Source of the DNA: a virus
Taxonomy: Duplodnaviria; Heunggongvirae; Uroviricota; Caudoviricetes
Reading direction: 5' to 3' (one strand)
DNA length: 64,000 nucleotides
IMG/VR virus record: IMGVR_UViG_3300012348_000120
Every line of letters begins with the position of its first letter. Position 1 is the first letter of the stretch. Shown here piece after piece: positions 47,336 to 58,336 of the stretch. The notes under the pieces are model-generated. The model ran no database searches, had not been told where the DNA came from, and saw nothing but the letters and a program-made list of their open reading frames with translations. The position numbers and the translations under genes are program-made.

Positions 47336-49774
47336 ATGGCGTTTGATGGAATTTTTCTAACCACAAAGCAAGATAGAGACACGAGAGCACGTTTTGAAAA
47401 AATAAAAGAACGATTGCCAACAATCAAACTTCTTTATATCCCAAAGGATACTTGGGAAGATAATACGATGGCATCTGCGATTACCGAAGCAGTGCAGGAT
47501 ATAAACACTCGTTATTTCTGGGTTATAGACCCAGACGTGTTGGTTGACGACGATTTTGATTTTTCGTATGAGCCAGACGAATGGAGCAAAGACGTGTTGC
47601 ACTACTGGAATTGCAACATACGCAATGACACCAATCGTGTAGTAGGAATCAAACTTTTCAAGACAAAAGACGTGTTTGTCGGAAACGATGAATATGTAAA
47701 TAAATCATACTATCTTGATGTGCATCACTTCAATCATGATTCAGAACTTCCTGCTTATGCACCAACCAAAGAGTTGTATGATATATTTTATGTGAATAAC
47801 ATCTACGACATTCAGCCATATGCTGATCAGTCGTTTACAACTATGTTTTGGATGATTGACAATGCAGTTTCTCCATATATCAACAGTGTAGAGAAATTTT
47901 CTCCATCGCCATATGACCAAGGTCTTATTCACAACTTCACAGTGAAATTACCAAATGGTTCGGTCGTTGTCAATGGCGTAAGGTTGGTTCCAAAGCGATA
48001 CGACCTATCTATGCAACAAGACGTATATGAAACTATGGGCGACATAGACAAGGTTGAAATTGTATACGCCAGAACGCCAGAAGAAGCACTTGAAACTGCG
48101 AACTCTCATTCGTTTTGGATGGTAAATCCAGACTTGGATTTGATAGAACCAAGTATAATTGACGAATTTTATCCAAACATACACGATCCAATATCAGCAC
48201 ACATATTTAAAATTCAGTCACAATCTGGAAAAGATTTCGGGTATGGCGGAATTATGCTTTTGAACAAAAGTCATGATCAAAACTCTGTAAGTCATATTGA
48301 TCGTTTTGCAATGACTCCACCAAAAAATTGTAGAATACCAATTTATAAAAGCAGAGATCATTATGATGTGTATAAGAATAAATCAGTGAATGATTATTTC
48401 TATTGGTATGTAGATACGCCAATATCAACACTGGATGACTTTAATTACGACTTCTATCCAGACATATACACCATGGAAAACGTTTTCACCTTCAATGGTG
48501 CAGGCGGTGGTTCTGGTGTTTATCTTGTAAACCGCAAATGCTTGCAGAAGTTTGAGTTGAGCGAAGATGATTTTCTCTATGACAGATTTGAGAATTTAAA
48601 GCATATAGATCAAGTTGTCAGTAAAGCAGTAGCACACCCAGTGTATTATTTTGATGAGGGAATGTATCCGAAAAATACAGAACGTATGCGATCTGTATCC
48701 GACATCAAAATAGTAGACGCAACCGATCTATCAGGTGCGTATATCAAAGCGGCAGAGGAAACATCCACTGGATATTTTTGGGCAATTGACAATGACGTTG
48801 AGTTGAAAGATTTGAACTTCCCACGATCATATTATGTAGATCGGATACACAAGTCTCATTTCGTAATATGGCCAAAAGAAAACCCATACACTGGATACAT
48901 ACATCAGTATGGCGGGGTCAAACTTTGCCCATCTGAGGCGATACTACATTTGAAACCAGATGCAGAAAAGATACGAAAATCTAATTTTGCCAATAAGCTA
49001 CACGTAAAAACGTCAGTTGCAAGATCAAGTGACATTATTTACGACACTGTGTTTCTCAGTTATAATGAACCATTTGCCGATCAGAATTATGAAAAACTTT
49101 TGCAGAGAATACCAAATGCAAAAAGAGTTCATGGAGTAAAAGGTATTTTCAACGCACACAAAAAAGCAGCAGAAGTCGCAGAAACGAAAATGTTTTATGT
49201 GGTGGATGCTGACGCCATATTACTGGATGATTTTGAATTTGAGTATTTCCCTAACTATTGGGAAGAAGACATTGTTCATACTTGGAGATCAAAAAATCCA
49301 GTGAATGGACTTGTATATGGATACGGTGGCCTAAAACTATTCCCAACTCAATTGTTAAGAGACGCAACTGATTGGAAAGTTGACTTCACTACATCCGTAT
49401 CTGAGAAATTTAAACCAATGCAAGTAGTTGCCAATTACACTGCATTTAATACTGACCCATTTAATACTTGGAAATCGGCGTTTCGTGAATGCACCAAACT
49501 CGCAGCAAACATAATTCAGCGTGGAGATTCATTGGTAAACAATGACCGATTGAACATATGGTGTGAAGTTGGTGCCGACAAACCATACGGAGAATACGCG
49601 ATTTCTGGAGCAAGAATGGGTCGCGCATACGGAACTAAATATTCAACTGATGAAGTTGAGATTTCTAAAATAAACGATTTTGAATGGCTAAAAGCTAAAT
49701 TTGAGGAAACATATAATGACAACAGTAACCAGAGAACGCAGAGCAAGAAGAAACTCCAAGATCAAAAAGCATGA
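47336..49774 (+). CDS. Multi-repeat GT-A-like glycosyltransferase (about six tandem units)
   Basis: Recurrent motifs TRYFWVIDPD, TTMFWMIDNA, SHSFWMVNPD, DYFYWYVDTP, TGYFWAIDND, TKMFYVVDAD; last unit homologous to 23207-24187. Confidence 0.7.
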   Translation: MAFDGIFLTTKQDRDTRARFEKIKERLPTIKLLYIPKDTWEDNTMASAITEAVQDINTRYFWVIDPDVLVDDDFDFSYEPDEWSKDVLHYWNCNIRNDTNRVVGIKLFKTKDVFVGNDEYVNKSYYLDVHHFNHDSELPAYAPTKELYDIFYVNNIYDIQPYADQSFTTMFWMIDNAVSPYINSVEKFSPSPYDQGLIHNFTVKLPNGSVVVNGVRLVPKRYDLSMQQDVYETMGDIDKVEIVYARTPEEALETANSHSFWMVNPDLDLIEPSIIDEFYPNIHDPISAHIFKIQSQSGKDFGYGGIMLLNKSHDQNSVSHIDRFAMTPPKNCRIPIYKSRDHYDVYKNKSVNDYFYWYVDTPISTLDDFNYDFYPDIYTMENVFTFNGAGGGSGVYLVNRKCLQKFELSEDDFLYDRFENLKHIDQVVSKAVAHPVYYFDEGMYPKNTERMRSVSDIKIVDATDLSGAYIKAAEETSTGYFWAIDNDVELKDLNFPRSYYVDRIHKSHFVIWPKENPYTGYIHQYGGVKLCPSEAILHLKPDAEKIRKSNFANKLHVKTSVARSSDIIYDTVFLSYNEPFADQNYEKLLQRIPNAKRVHGVKGIFNAHKKAAEVAETKMFYVVDADAILLDDFEFEYFPNYWEEDIVHTWRSKNPVNGLVYGYGGLKLFPTQLLRDATDWKVDFTTSVSEKFKPMQVVANYTAFNTDPFNTWKSAFRECTKLAANIIQRGDSLVNNDRLNIWCEVGADKPYGEYAISGARMGRAYGTKYSTDEVEISKINDFEWLKAKFEETYNDNSNQRTQSKKKLQDQKA

Positions 49775-50663
49775 TGAACTTTATGATACGCTAGGCGTTG
49801 ACCCATCACTAACCGTAGATCAGAATGTTGTAACTGAAATCGGTGTAGAAATTGAAGAAATAATATCCTATGAAAGTAGGAACCGAAAAAAGAAACGTCC
49901 ATTGGCGATGGTTGACTATGACTATCAAGCGATGGCAATCGAATATTCAATAGAGAATGTTCCACAGCAGCTTGGAAACTATCGTAATGCGATGGACTTT
50001 TTAGCACATACTAATCTGATAGACAATGATAAAATTGTTGACAGATTGAAGTCTGTCATATATAATTTTCCAAATATTGACATGAGTAGCTTTCTCAATA
50101 AAGAGAATGCAAAATTGTATTCTTGGATTTGCCAGCATCTAAGCTATACACTTGGCGAAAAATACATTGGATCAGTGTATGTTCTTGGTGGTGGAATGGG
50201 GCTGTTAGGTGCGATGCTACTTGACACTAAACTTCGGTTTGAGAATGTTCGTAGCTTTGACATAAACGGTGCAGGACAGTTCTTAGCAGATGAAATGATG
50301 GCAGAAGAACTTCTTATGGATTGGCGGTTCAAGTCAACCACAAAAGACTTGTTTGACATTGATTATGCCAGAAATCTGTTTTCTTGTCGTTTGCAAAATG
50401 GTTCGTTGAGTGACCCATTCAAGGAAATCCCAGGAACTGTTATTAATACAAACATCAGCTATTTGAAAAATCACAAAGACTGGTATGAGATGATTCCAGA
50501 CTTGCGCCGTGTGGTAATCGTTGGCGAAACTGGTGATGATGTTCCTTATCCGTTTGCAAGTTCACAGGCGTTTAACAAAAAGTTTCCGATGAGTTATGAG
50601 TTGTATACTGGCGTTCTGACAGTTGGAAAAAAACAATTCTTTATGAAAATAGGCCATAGATGA
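49716..50663 (+). CDS. Class I SAM-dependent methyltransferase-like protein
   Basis: VYVLGGGMG (motif I), RSFDIN, VINT; GAGG RBS; basic N-terminal extension. Confidence 0.65.
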   Translation: MTTVTRERRARRNSKIKKHDELYDTLGVDPSLTVDQNVVTEIGVEIEEIISYESRNRKKKRPLAMVDYDYQAMAIEYSIENVPQQLGNYRNAMDFLAHTNLIDNDKIVDRLKSVIYNFPNIDMSSFLNKENAKLYSWICQHLSYTLGEKYIGSVYVLGGGMGLLGAMLLDTKLRFENVRSFDINGAGQFLADEMMAEELLMDWRFKSTTKDLFDIDYARNLFSCRLQNGSLSDPFKEIPGTVINTNISYLKNHKDWYEMIPDLRRVVIVGETGDDVPYPFASSQAFNKKFPMSYELYTGVLTVGKKQFFMKIGHR

Positions 50664-51748
50664 TATATCGTTACGAAGATGTTAGGGTTGTTCACTTAGA
50701 AGTAACAGAACGATGCCAAGCATCTTGTCCTATGTGTGATAGAAATATGAGAGGTGGCAAGTTGAATCCCAACTTGTCCCTCAATGAATTATCTCTTGCA
50801 GACATAAAAAACATGTTTCCATCCGAGTTCGTTAAGCAGCTTGACCGCATATATATGTGTGGAAATTTTGGTGATCCAATTGTTGCCGACGACACATTAG
50901 AGATATTTCAATATTTCAGGAATGAAAACGCAAACTTGACTCTTGGTATGAATACGAATGCGGGGGCAAAAAAACCAGAATGGTGGAGAGAACTCGCCAA
51001 AACACTGGGATCAAACTCTTATGTAAAATTTTCATTTGATGGGTTGAAAGACACCAACCACCTATATAGACAGGGTGTAAACTGGGACATTGCCATAACA
51101 AACGCAGAGGCATTTATAGAGGCTGGTGGCAAGGCACACTGGGACTATCTCATATTTGAGCACAATGAACATCAGGTGGAAGATGCGCGGCAGTTGAGTG
51201 AGCGTATGGGATTTCAAAAGTTCATACCCAAGAAGACAGGGCGTTTTTATTCATCAGTTCGGTCGGATGGAAAAGATGAACATCAAGCTGTGAATCGCAA
51301 GGGTGAAGAAAAGCAACTATTGCAAAAGCCAAAAGAAGTCAAGTATCAAAATAAAGAAGTTGAGCGCATCGCGGAGCTAAAACAAAAATACGGATCGTTG
51401 GATTCATATTTTGATAATGTTAAGATAAAGTGCAAAGTCGCAGAAGAAAAGAACCTGTTCGTATCGGCAGAAGGTCTGATTCTTCCTTGCTGTTGGGTTG
51501 CAGGAAATATGTATAAGTGGTGGCAAGTTCCTGGAGAAAATCAAGTGTGGGAACTCATTCAACAAAGCGGCGGAAAAGAAAAGTTTGATGCCAAACTTCA
51601 TGGAATTGCTGGCGTTCTGAACAATGAATACTTTTCTCACCGATTGGTTGACAGTTGGGGTAAACCAAATATTCACTCTGGTAAGCCAAAGGTATGTTCC
51701 GAAAAGTGCGGAATAGAATTTGATCCATTTGGTGCACAGTTCAAATGA
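50660..51748 (+). CDS. Radical SAM protein with C-terminal SPASM/twitch domain (#8)
   Basis: CQASCPMC, CGNFGDP, FSFDG; C..PCCW..CSEKC; paralog of #2. Confidence 0.9.
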   Translation: MIYRYEDVRVVHLEVTERCQASCPMCDRNMRGGKLNPNLSLNELSLADIKNMFPSEFVKQLDRIYMCGNFGDPIVADDTLEIFQYFRNENANLTLGMNTNAGAKKPEWWRELAKTLGSNSYVKFSFDGLKDTNHLYRQGVNWDIAITNAEAFIEAGGKAHWDYLIFEHNEHQVEDARQLSERMGFQKFIPKKTGRFYSSVRSDGKDEHQAVNRKGEEKQLLQKPKEVKYQNKEVERIAELKQKYGSLDSYFDNVKIKCKVAEEKNLFVSAEGLILPCCWVAGNMYKWWQVPGENQVWELIQQSGGKEKFDAKLHGIAGVLNNEYFSHRLVDSWGKPNIHSGKPKVCSEKCGIEFDPFGAQFK

Positions 51749-52293
51749 AACTCTTAAACCTACAAGAACGATACAGCACGTTCAAATACTATCAGTTTGA
51801 TGGATTACTATCGTCTGAACTTGTTGAACGTGCAGCAGAAGAAAGTAAACGTTTCTTGCCGTTCAAAGTTGAAAGAACAAGAACCAGCAATTCGCAGCGT
51901 ATTTGGATGAACCAGTTGTGGATGACAGTCTTTAGTGAAATAGCAGAACGGTTTGACGCGACTGAAACCAAAGAAATGTTCAGTGAAATCACGGGCGTTG
52001 ACTATAGAAACATGAGAACTCGTCCAGAGTTGTGTGTTGACAAACAAGGTTCTTGGCTTGAACCTCATGTTGATGATCCTGCGAAGGAACTTACTTTGCA
52101 ACTATACCTAAGCGGTTCTGGAAATAGCACAGTGATTGGTAATTCTGCTACGCATATAAACATTGGCAGTGGGTGGTTTTTTGTAAATACCGCAACAGAA
52201 TGGCATAGACTTCCTCCTTTGGAGCATGACCGCACAAGTATCATAATAAATTATGTCAACGATAGATGGAATGATAAGACCGTGCTTGTATGA
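51745..52293 (+). CDS. 2OG-Fe(II) oxygenase
   Basis: LEPHVD (HxD), WH, RTSIIINY (RxS). Confidence 0.75.
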   Translation: MKLLNLQERYSTFKYYQFDGLLSSELVERAAEESKRFLPFKVERTRTSNSQRIWMNQLWMTVFSEIAERFDATETKEMFSEITGVDYRNMRTRPELCVDKQGSWLEPHVDDPAKELTLQLYLSGSGNSTVIGNSATHINIGSGWFFVNTATEWHRLPPLEHDRTSIIINYVNDRWNDKTVLV

Positions 52294-53249
52294 TAGATCG
52301 TATATTCTTTGAACAATCAAACTTATATGTTGACTGGCAGCTAAGTGACATTTGTAACTACAAATGTCACTATTGTAATTTTGAGAGCAAGGGTGGAAAA
52401 AATCCTTGGCCAGAATTAGATGAAGCAATTCGGCTTGTAAACGAAATACTTCGTAATAGCAAACATGAGTATAGAACATACAATCTTCTTGGTGGCGAAC
52501 CAACTCTATGGAGATACTATGGAGAACTGTGTAAATATATAAAGTCAGTTGATGACAATTGTGTAATACAAACACTTACGAATGGTTCACGAACTCTTCG
52601 TTGGTGGCAAACGTTTGCCCCATTTATGGATAAAATTGTCATAAGTCATCACAGTGCATCATCATCCGCAGAGCACACCTCCGATGTCATAAAGATATGC
52701 TCTTCGCATTGTAGCGTCAGCGTTCAAGTTCTGATGGATGCCACTAATTTTGATGAATGTGTTGAGCATTTTGACTATCTTATGCGGAACAATGTAGGTT
52801 CAAGGATTGTCGCAAAAAAGGCAGAAACCATGCTTGGTAGTGGAAAGTGGATGGAATACTCTACGTCACAACAAGAATGGTTGATGCAGAGTTTGATTCG
52901 GACAAAAGAAAACGAGGATCAACCAAATCAATATGACAGAATGAAGTCTGTCATCGATAGAAAAGTAATGGTGGCTGATGCAGATAGAAGCTGGCAGTCA
53001 AGTAACAAAGAAATAATTTTAAACAATTGGAATCATTTTAAGGGGTGGCGCTGTAATATTGGTATCGATATGCTTTCAATAAGACCAAATGGTGACATAA
53101 AACCGAGTAGTGCATGTTTTAACGAAATCGTATTGGGTAATTTTAAGAAGCCAGATTTTATTCTTGAACTTTCAACGAATGGTTATGGGTGTAAATATGA
53201 TAGTTGTTTTTGTGGGGCGGATATAGAAGTTGAAAAATACAAACAGTAA
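52290..53249 (+). CDS. Radical SAM protein with C-terminal Cys cluster (#9)
   Basis: WQLSDICNYKCHYC, LGGEPT, TNGSR; FKGWRC..C..C...CFCGAD. Confidence 0.9.
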   Translation: MIDRIFFEQSNLYVDWQLSDICNYKCHYCNFESKGGKNPWPELDEAIRLVNEILRNSKHEYRTYNLLGGEPTLWRYYGELCKYIKSVDDNCVIQTLTNGSRTLRWWQTFAPFMDKIVISHHSASSSAEHTSDVIKICSSHCSVSVQVLMDATNFDECVEHFDYLMRNNVGSRIVAKKAETMLGSGKWMEYSTSQQEWLMQSLIRTKENEDQPNQYDRMKSVIDRKVMVADADRSWQSSNKEIILNNWNHFKGWRCNIGIDMLSIRPNGDIKPSSACFNEIVLGNFKKPDFILELSTNGYGCKYDSCFCGADIEVEKYKQ

Positions 53250-54402
53250 TACCTTTTGTGCATTGCCTTGGATGCATATAGCTACAAGCCCAGGCGGAAC
53301 TTTTCGTGTGTGCTGTAATAGTGACAATAGAAATAATAAGATTTTGAAAGAAGATGGAACTCCATTCAAGATTTATAAAGACTCTGTTGAAGATGTAAAG
53401 AATTCTCCTACATATGCATTGATTAAAGAGCAAATGTTGAATGGAATTCAACCGCCAACTTGCAAGAGATGCTTCAAGCAAGAAGAAGCTGGATTTGAAA
53501 GTAGCCGCCAAGTTTATAATCATGTGTGGGAAAGTCGGGTGAAACTAAATGAGAACACCGAGACGTTGTATCTGGACTTGCGACTTGGAAACCAATGCAA
53601 TCTGAAATGCAGAATGTGTAATCCATATTCAAGTAATCAGTGGGTGAATGAATGGGAAGAGCTTTACGGAAAGTTTCCCGAAAAGGAGAGAGTATGGCTC
53701 ACTGATATGGGGTGGCAGAAATCAGACAAGATAAACAATAACCTGTTTGAACTTGCCAAAACTGTTGAAGAAATATATCTGACAGGCGGCGAACCGACTC
53801 TCATAAAAGAACAAGACTTGTTGCTTGATTATTGTATTGAAAATGATTTAGCCAAAAATATCAGTCTCAAATATAATACAAACTTGACACATGTTCCAAA
53901 GTCACTAATTGATAAGTGGATAAAGTTTAAAGGCGTATTACTGAATTGCAGTATTGATGCCTATGGTGATTTGAATACTTACATTCGCAATCCAATTAAG
54001 TGGTCAAAGATTTCAAGAAATTTTGAAAAGGTAAAACGAATACCTAACGTAAAGTTAGATGTTTGCATCACTGTTCAAATATACAATGCACTTCATATTA
54101 ACGTTTTGCTTGATTGGATAATGCAACAAGACCTTCCGAACACAATGATATTTTTCAACATTTTGGAAGAACCAGATCAGCTTAATATAAAATCATTGCC
54201 ACCAAAATTAAAACAACTCGCGGCTAAACGACTTGAACCATACTTTCACCTTCCAAAACTATCAAACGTTGTTGATTACATGATGATTGAACAACGAAAT
54301 GATTGGAGTAAGTTCGTAGAATTTACAAAGAAGGTTGATTCTATGAGAAAAGAAAACATATTCAGCGTGGTTCCTGAGTTCAAGGATTATTTTAATGATT
54401 GA
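53230..54402 (+). CDS. Radical SAM protein with N-terminal twitch domain (#10)
   Basis: CNLKCRMC, TGGEP; FCALPW..VCC..CKRC; TTG start. Confidence 0.92.
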   Translation: MKNTNSNTFCALPWMHIATSPGGTFRVCCNSDNRNNKILKEDGTPFKIYKDSVEDVKNSPTYALIKEQMLNGIQPPTCKRCFKQEEAGFESSRQVYNHVWESRVKLNENTETLYLDLRLGNQCNLKCRMCNPYSSNQWVNEWEELYGKFPEKERVWLTDMGWQKSDKINNNLFELAKTVEEIYLTGGEPTLIKEQDLLLDYCIENDLAKNISLKYNTNLTHVPKSLIDKWIKFKGVLLNCSIDAYGDLNTYIRNPIKWSKISRNFEKVKRIPNVKLDVCITVQIYNALHINVLLDWIMQQDLPNTMIFFNILEEPDQLNIKSLPPKLKQLAAKRLEPYFHLPKLSNVVDYMMIEQRNDWSKFVEFTKKVDSMRKENIFSVVPEFKDYFND

Positions 54403-55501
54403 TTGTTTCGCTACACGAAATAGTTTTCAAGTTGATGCACAGGGTAAAGTATCTCCTTGTTGCAAATTCAAGGGCAACTATTCTCATGTTGACGAATATT
54501 CATCTGTTGAAAACATATTTTCAGATGCGAGACTGAAAGCGTTGCGTGAGAGCCATCGCCAAGGAACTTGGACCAAATCTTGTTACAGATGCGAACAAGA
54601 TGAATCATCATCGAAGCAAAGCCGAAAGCAGATGTATGATGTGATTGGGTTGAGTAACGACGACTTTTTCATTGATGTGAGTTTAGGAAACTATTGTAAC
54701 CTGAAGTGCAGAATGTGCAGTCCAGAAAACAGTTCACAATGGGCGTCTGACTATGATGCATTGATGCAGGAAGACTTAGTATCGCCTGTAAAATACACAA
54801 ATTACTTGATGAGCAATGCAACAATTTCTATGATTGCAAATTTCATTGAAACAGTAAATGGGCGTATCATCATAGAAGTAAAAGGTGGAGAACCACTGTT
54901 AATGCCGAATAGCAAAACCTTTTTCAATACTCTGAGTGAATGCTCAAACTCAAATCGCATAGAGATATGGATTGCAACGAATGGAACGAAAATACCAGAT
55001 TGGTTTGAAGAATGTATGAAAAAATTCAACCGAGTCGAATTGAGCGTCAGTGTAGACGGAAGTGGAAGTGTTTACAATTACATAAGAGGTTCAAAGCATT
55101 CCTATTCTGACGTTTTAGAGAATGCGAAAGCGTTTCTAAGCATAAAAAATATCAGACTTCGATTCAACGTGGTTGTGCAGAATTTAAATATTCGTAATGT
55201 CTCTGATTTGTATGATGATCTTTTTGGTATTGTAAAATCTCATAATGATATAACTCTTATCATTCTAAGATTTCCAGAATATTACCAATCTAATATATAT
55301 CCAGATGATAAAAAACAAATGATAGTTGATAGTTGGCACAACAAATCAATAACCAGTAATTCAAGCTATAAGGCGATGCTAAATGTATTTTTAGCACCTA
55401 ACGATGATATTACTTGGAATTCGTTTTCTAAGATTACACGTATATTGGATTATCGTAGAAATCAATCAATAGCAGAGATAGATGAATGTTTGAAGATATA
55501 A
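54395..55501 (+). CDS. Radical SAM protein with N-terminal twitch domain (#11)
   Basis: CNLKCRMC, KGGEP; C..PCC..CYRC. Confidence 0.92.
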   Translation: MIDCFATRNSFQVDAQGKVSPCCKFKGNYSHVDEYSSVENIFSDARLKALRESHRQGTWTKSCYRCEQDESSSKQSRKQMYDVIGLSNDDFFIDVSLGNYCNLKCRMCSPENSSQWASDYDALMQEDLVSPVKYTNYLMSNATISMIANFIETVNGRIIIEVKGGEPLLMPNSKTFFNTLSECSNSNRIEIWIATNGTKIPDWFEECMKKFNRVELSVSVDGSGSVYNYIRGSKHSYSDVLENAKAFLSIKNIRLRFNVVVQNLNIRNVSDLYDDLFGIVKSHNDITLIILRFPEYYQSNIYPDDKKQMIVDSWHNKSITSNSSYKAMLNVFLAPNDDITWNSFSKITRILDYRRNQSIAEIDECLKI

Positions 55502-56310
55502 GCAACAGACCCAGAATTGATCCACTTACTGAAACCGTATTAGAAGAATACAACTTTTATTACTACGAATGTTCACTTTCTGAACTTCCATTTCAGGCTT
55601 GTGGCAGCAAAGAGTATATTCCAGACGACACTATATTGTTTCACTATCGCAATTTGAATTATCATTTGTTGTCATACAGAAATTACTACAAGCCAATTAT
55701 TGGAAACATAGTGAAGACTGGATGCTGGCTCGTAACAGATATGACAAAAAATGGCATACAGAGTCCATTGAGTATGTTTGGCACTCATGTTCATCCTGGC
55801 AAAAAAAGATATATGGTTGCGAACTATTTGCAACTTGACAAAGTTCCAATACTATGGCAAACTAAGGAGTTGCATTCATCTTACCAAAAAGTCGAAACCT
55901 TGTCAGATTTGGCAGATGTATACAAAAATAATTTCAGCACTCGTGTTGAAAGATACGAAGATGAGATGAAGTTAGAATGCAGTTGGCATGGTGCAACCAA
56001 TAGCCGTGATGACAAGGGATATGATAATTGGTGGAAAGTAAGTAATCAAGCGATTGGCACAAACGTCATATTGGAATATGTTACTCGTTATGGTGTTCGT
56101 ATAAATGACACCAGTGCGCCATTTCATATCTTAGTTCATGATGATACATTAGAGTTTGATTGGTGGCAGTTGTATTTCCATTTTGATCCAAACGTATATC
56201 GCAAGGTTTGCAAAACTGGAAAAATAGAAATCATAAATACATTTGCAAATAACAAAGATGTGATTTACGACTGCAATCTTATGGGAACATTGACGAGGCC
56301 AATCTTATAA
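55486..56310 (+). CDS. Hypothetical protein
   Basis: Coupled ORF; HPGKKRY segment; no confident family. Confidence 0.6.
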   Translation: MFEDISNRPRIDPLTETVLEEYNFYYYECSLSELPFQACGSKEYIPDDTILFHYRNLNYHLLSYRNYYKPIIGNIVKTGCWLVTDMTKNGIQSPLSMFGTHVHPGKKRYMVANYLQLDKVPILWQTKELHSSYQKVETLSDLADVYKNNFSTRVERYEDEMKLECSWHGATNSRDDKGYDNWWKVSNQAIGTNVILEYVTRYGVRINDTSAPFHILVHDDTLEFDWWQLYFHFDPNVYRKVCKTGKIEIINTFANNKDVIYDCNLMGTLTRPIL

Positions 56311-56936
56311 TGAATAAATCAAATTCATTAGAACATTTATTTCCAATGCATTTATTAATGAAACGAAATTCTGGTTTCAATACTGTAATTGATGTTGGCG
56401 TAAACACACTTCGGTATATTGAATTTTACAGTCAGTATTTTGATAATGTAATTGGAATAGAAGCAAATCCTATCACCTACGATAAAATGAAACATAGTAT
56501 TCCGAAAAACGCAAGTTTGCATAACGTGTGCTTAACGAATACATTTGGTGTAGCCGACTTTTATAGTTGTATTCCAGATTCTGGATACAGCACTTCTATA
56601 TACGACCGATATGTTGAACTTATAAATGACGGCACATTTTCTGAAACCGATTTTGAGGTTTTTCAAATGACGAAAGACAGCATTGATAATATGTTTGCTA
56701 ATCAACAAGGCGTTGACCTTATTAAGATTGATGCTGAATACGAAGATATAAATATATTCTTAGGGGCAATTGATTTAATACGCAATAGCCGCCCCGTCAT
56801 ACAAATAGAGCATGTTACTCATCAGCGTAACACTGACATATTTTATGATACTATTTCAAATATTAACTATGTTGAGATAAAACCACACTTTGAAAGTAGG
56901 AATTATTTTTTCATACCGAAAGAAGATACAATATGA
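56310..56936 (+). CDS. FkbM-family SAM-dependent methyltransferase
   Basis: VIDVGVN, IGIEANP, LIKIDAE, RPVIQIE. Confidence 0.85.
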   Translation: MNKSNSLEHLFPMHLLMKRNSGFNTVIDVGVNTLRYIEFYSQYFDNVIGIEANPITYDKMKHSIPKNASLHNVCLTNTFGVADFYSCIPDSGYSTSIYDRYVELINDGTFSETDFEVFQMTKDSIDNMFANQQGVDLIKIDAEYEDINIFLGAIDLIRNSRPVIQIEHVTHQRNTDIFYDTISNINYVEIKPHFESRNYFFIPKEDTI

Positions 56937-58336
56937 GTAAATATCCAAGTAAAACATTTTGCGCCCTGCCTTGGGTTCATCTTAGCACTCGTCCAGATGG
57001 ATCGATGCGTGTATGCTGCACTGCCAATGCAAGTAGTGTTGGACCGACAAATGACAAAGAGCATGGCGGTATGGTCGGCATTCTTAAAGATGACTTGGGT
57101 AAGCCCAGCAATCTTAATGTCACTGACTTTTTGACAAGCTGGAACAGCACGTATATGAAGAACGTGCGAAGACAGATGATGAATGGTGAAGTTCCTCCAT
57201 CATGCACCAAGTGTTTTAAAGAAGAAGCTGCGGGCCACAATTCAAAGAGAATGTGGGAAACCAACTATTGGTCACAGCGGGTTGATATGGACCAACTGAT
57301 TGCGCAGACCACTCCTGAAGGTGAAGTGCCACCAAAACTTTCCTACATTGACTTGCGATTTGGAACAAAGTGCCAGCTTGCTTGCGTTATGTGCAGCCCA
57401 CATGACAGTAGTAGTTGGATCAAAGATTGGATGGCAATACATCCACAGATTCAAAACCCATCTCTCAAAGAAAATACACAATGGGCAGACAAAGGTTCTG
57501 TCAACGGAAGTAGCTACAACTGGCATAGAAACAATCCTGTGTTCTGGCAACAATTTTATGATCAAATTCCTAATATGCAGCAAATTTACTTTGCTGGTGG
57601 AGAGAGCCTTATTATTGATGAGCACTATGAGATTTTAGAAGAGTGCATACGCCAAGGTCATGCGAAGAATTTGGAACTGCGATATAACTCCAACGGTGTT
57701 GAATGGAGAGAAGATTTATTTGAGCTATGGAAAGAATTCAAACTTGTTCGCTTTCATTACTCTGTTGATAGTATTGGTGAAATGAATAGTTATATTCGGT
57801 ATCCAAGTGAATGGAAACGAACTCAGGAAGTGTTTCATATATTAGACAACGAAACTTCTGACAACGTAGAAGTTACAATTGCTTGTGCAGTTCAGGCACT
57901 CAACGTATACTATCTTCCAGATTTTATCAAGTGGAAACTTGAACAGAACTTCAAGAAAGTGAATATGTGGCCATTTGGTGCTGGTGGAATAAACTATCAT
58001 TTCGTGTATCATCCACCACATTTGAATGTGAAGGTATTGCCAGCTTGGTTCAAAGCCGAATGCCGAAAAAAGTATGAAGAATTTTATCCTTGGTGGGAAG
58101 CCAACTGGGAAAAAGGTATACCAGAATGGTATAAAGGAAAGGTTTCATTTGAAACTTGGCGGGCTGAAAAGTATGGAGTCAACCAATTAGAAGGAATGCT
58201 TCTGTTTATGGAAAGCGAAGATTGGAGTAATCGCTTACCAGAAATGGAAGAATTTTTGAACCTGTGTGATAGGCAGCGTAATCATTCATTCTCTGCTACA
58301 TTCCCAGAAATGAAAGACATATTCAAGAATGACTGA
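56933..58336 (+). CDS. Radical SAM protein with N-terminal twitch domain (#12)
   Basis: CQLACVMC, FAGGES; FCALPW..VCC..CTKC. Confidence 0.92.
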   Translation: MSKYPSKTFCALPWVHLSTRPDGSMRVCCTANASSVGPTNDKEHGGMVGILKDDLGKPSNLNVTDFLTSWNSTYMKNVRRQMMNGEVPPSCTKCFKEEAAGHNSKRMWETNYWSQRVDMDQLIAQTTPEGEVPPKLSYIDLRFGTKCQLACVMCSPHDSSSWIKDWMAIHPQIQNPSLKENTQWADKGSVNGSSYNWHRNNPVFWQQFYDQIPNMQQIYFAGGESLIIDEHYEILEECIRQGHAKNLELRYNSNGVEWREDLFELWKEFKLVRFHYSVDSIGEMNSYIRYPSEWKRTQEVFHILDNETSDNVEVTIACAVQALNVYYLPDFIKWKLEQNFKKVNMWPFGAGGINYHFVYHPPHLNVKVLPAWFKAECRKKYEEFYPWWEANWEKGIPEWYKGKVSFETWRAEKYGVNQLEGMLLFMESEDWSNRLPEMEEFLNLCDRQRNHSFSATFPEMKDIFKND

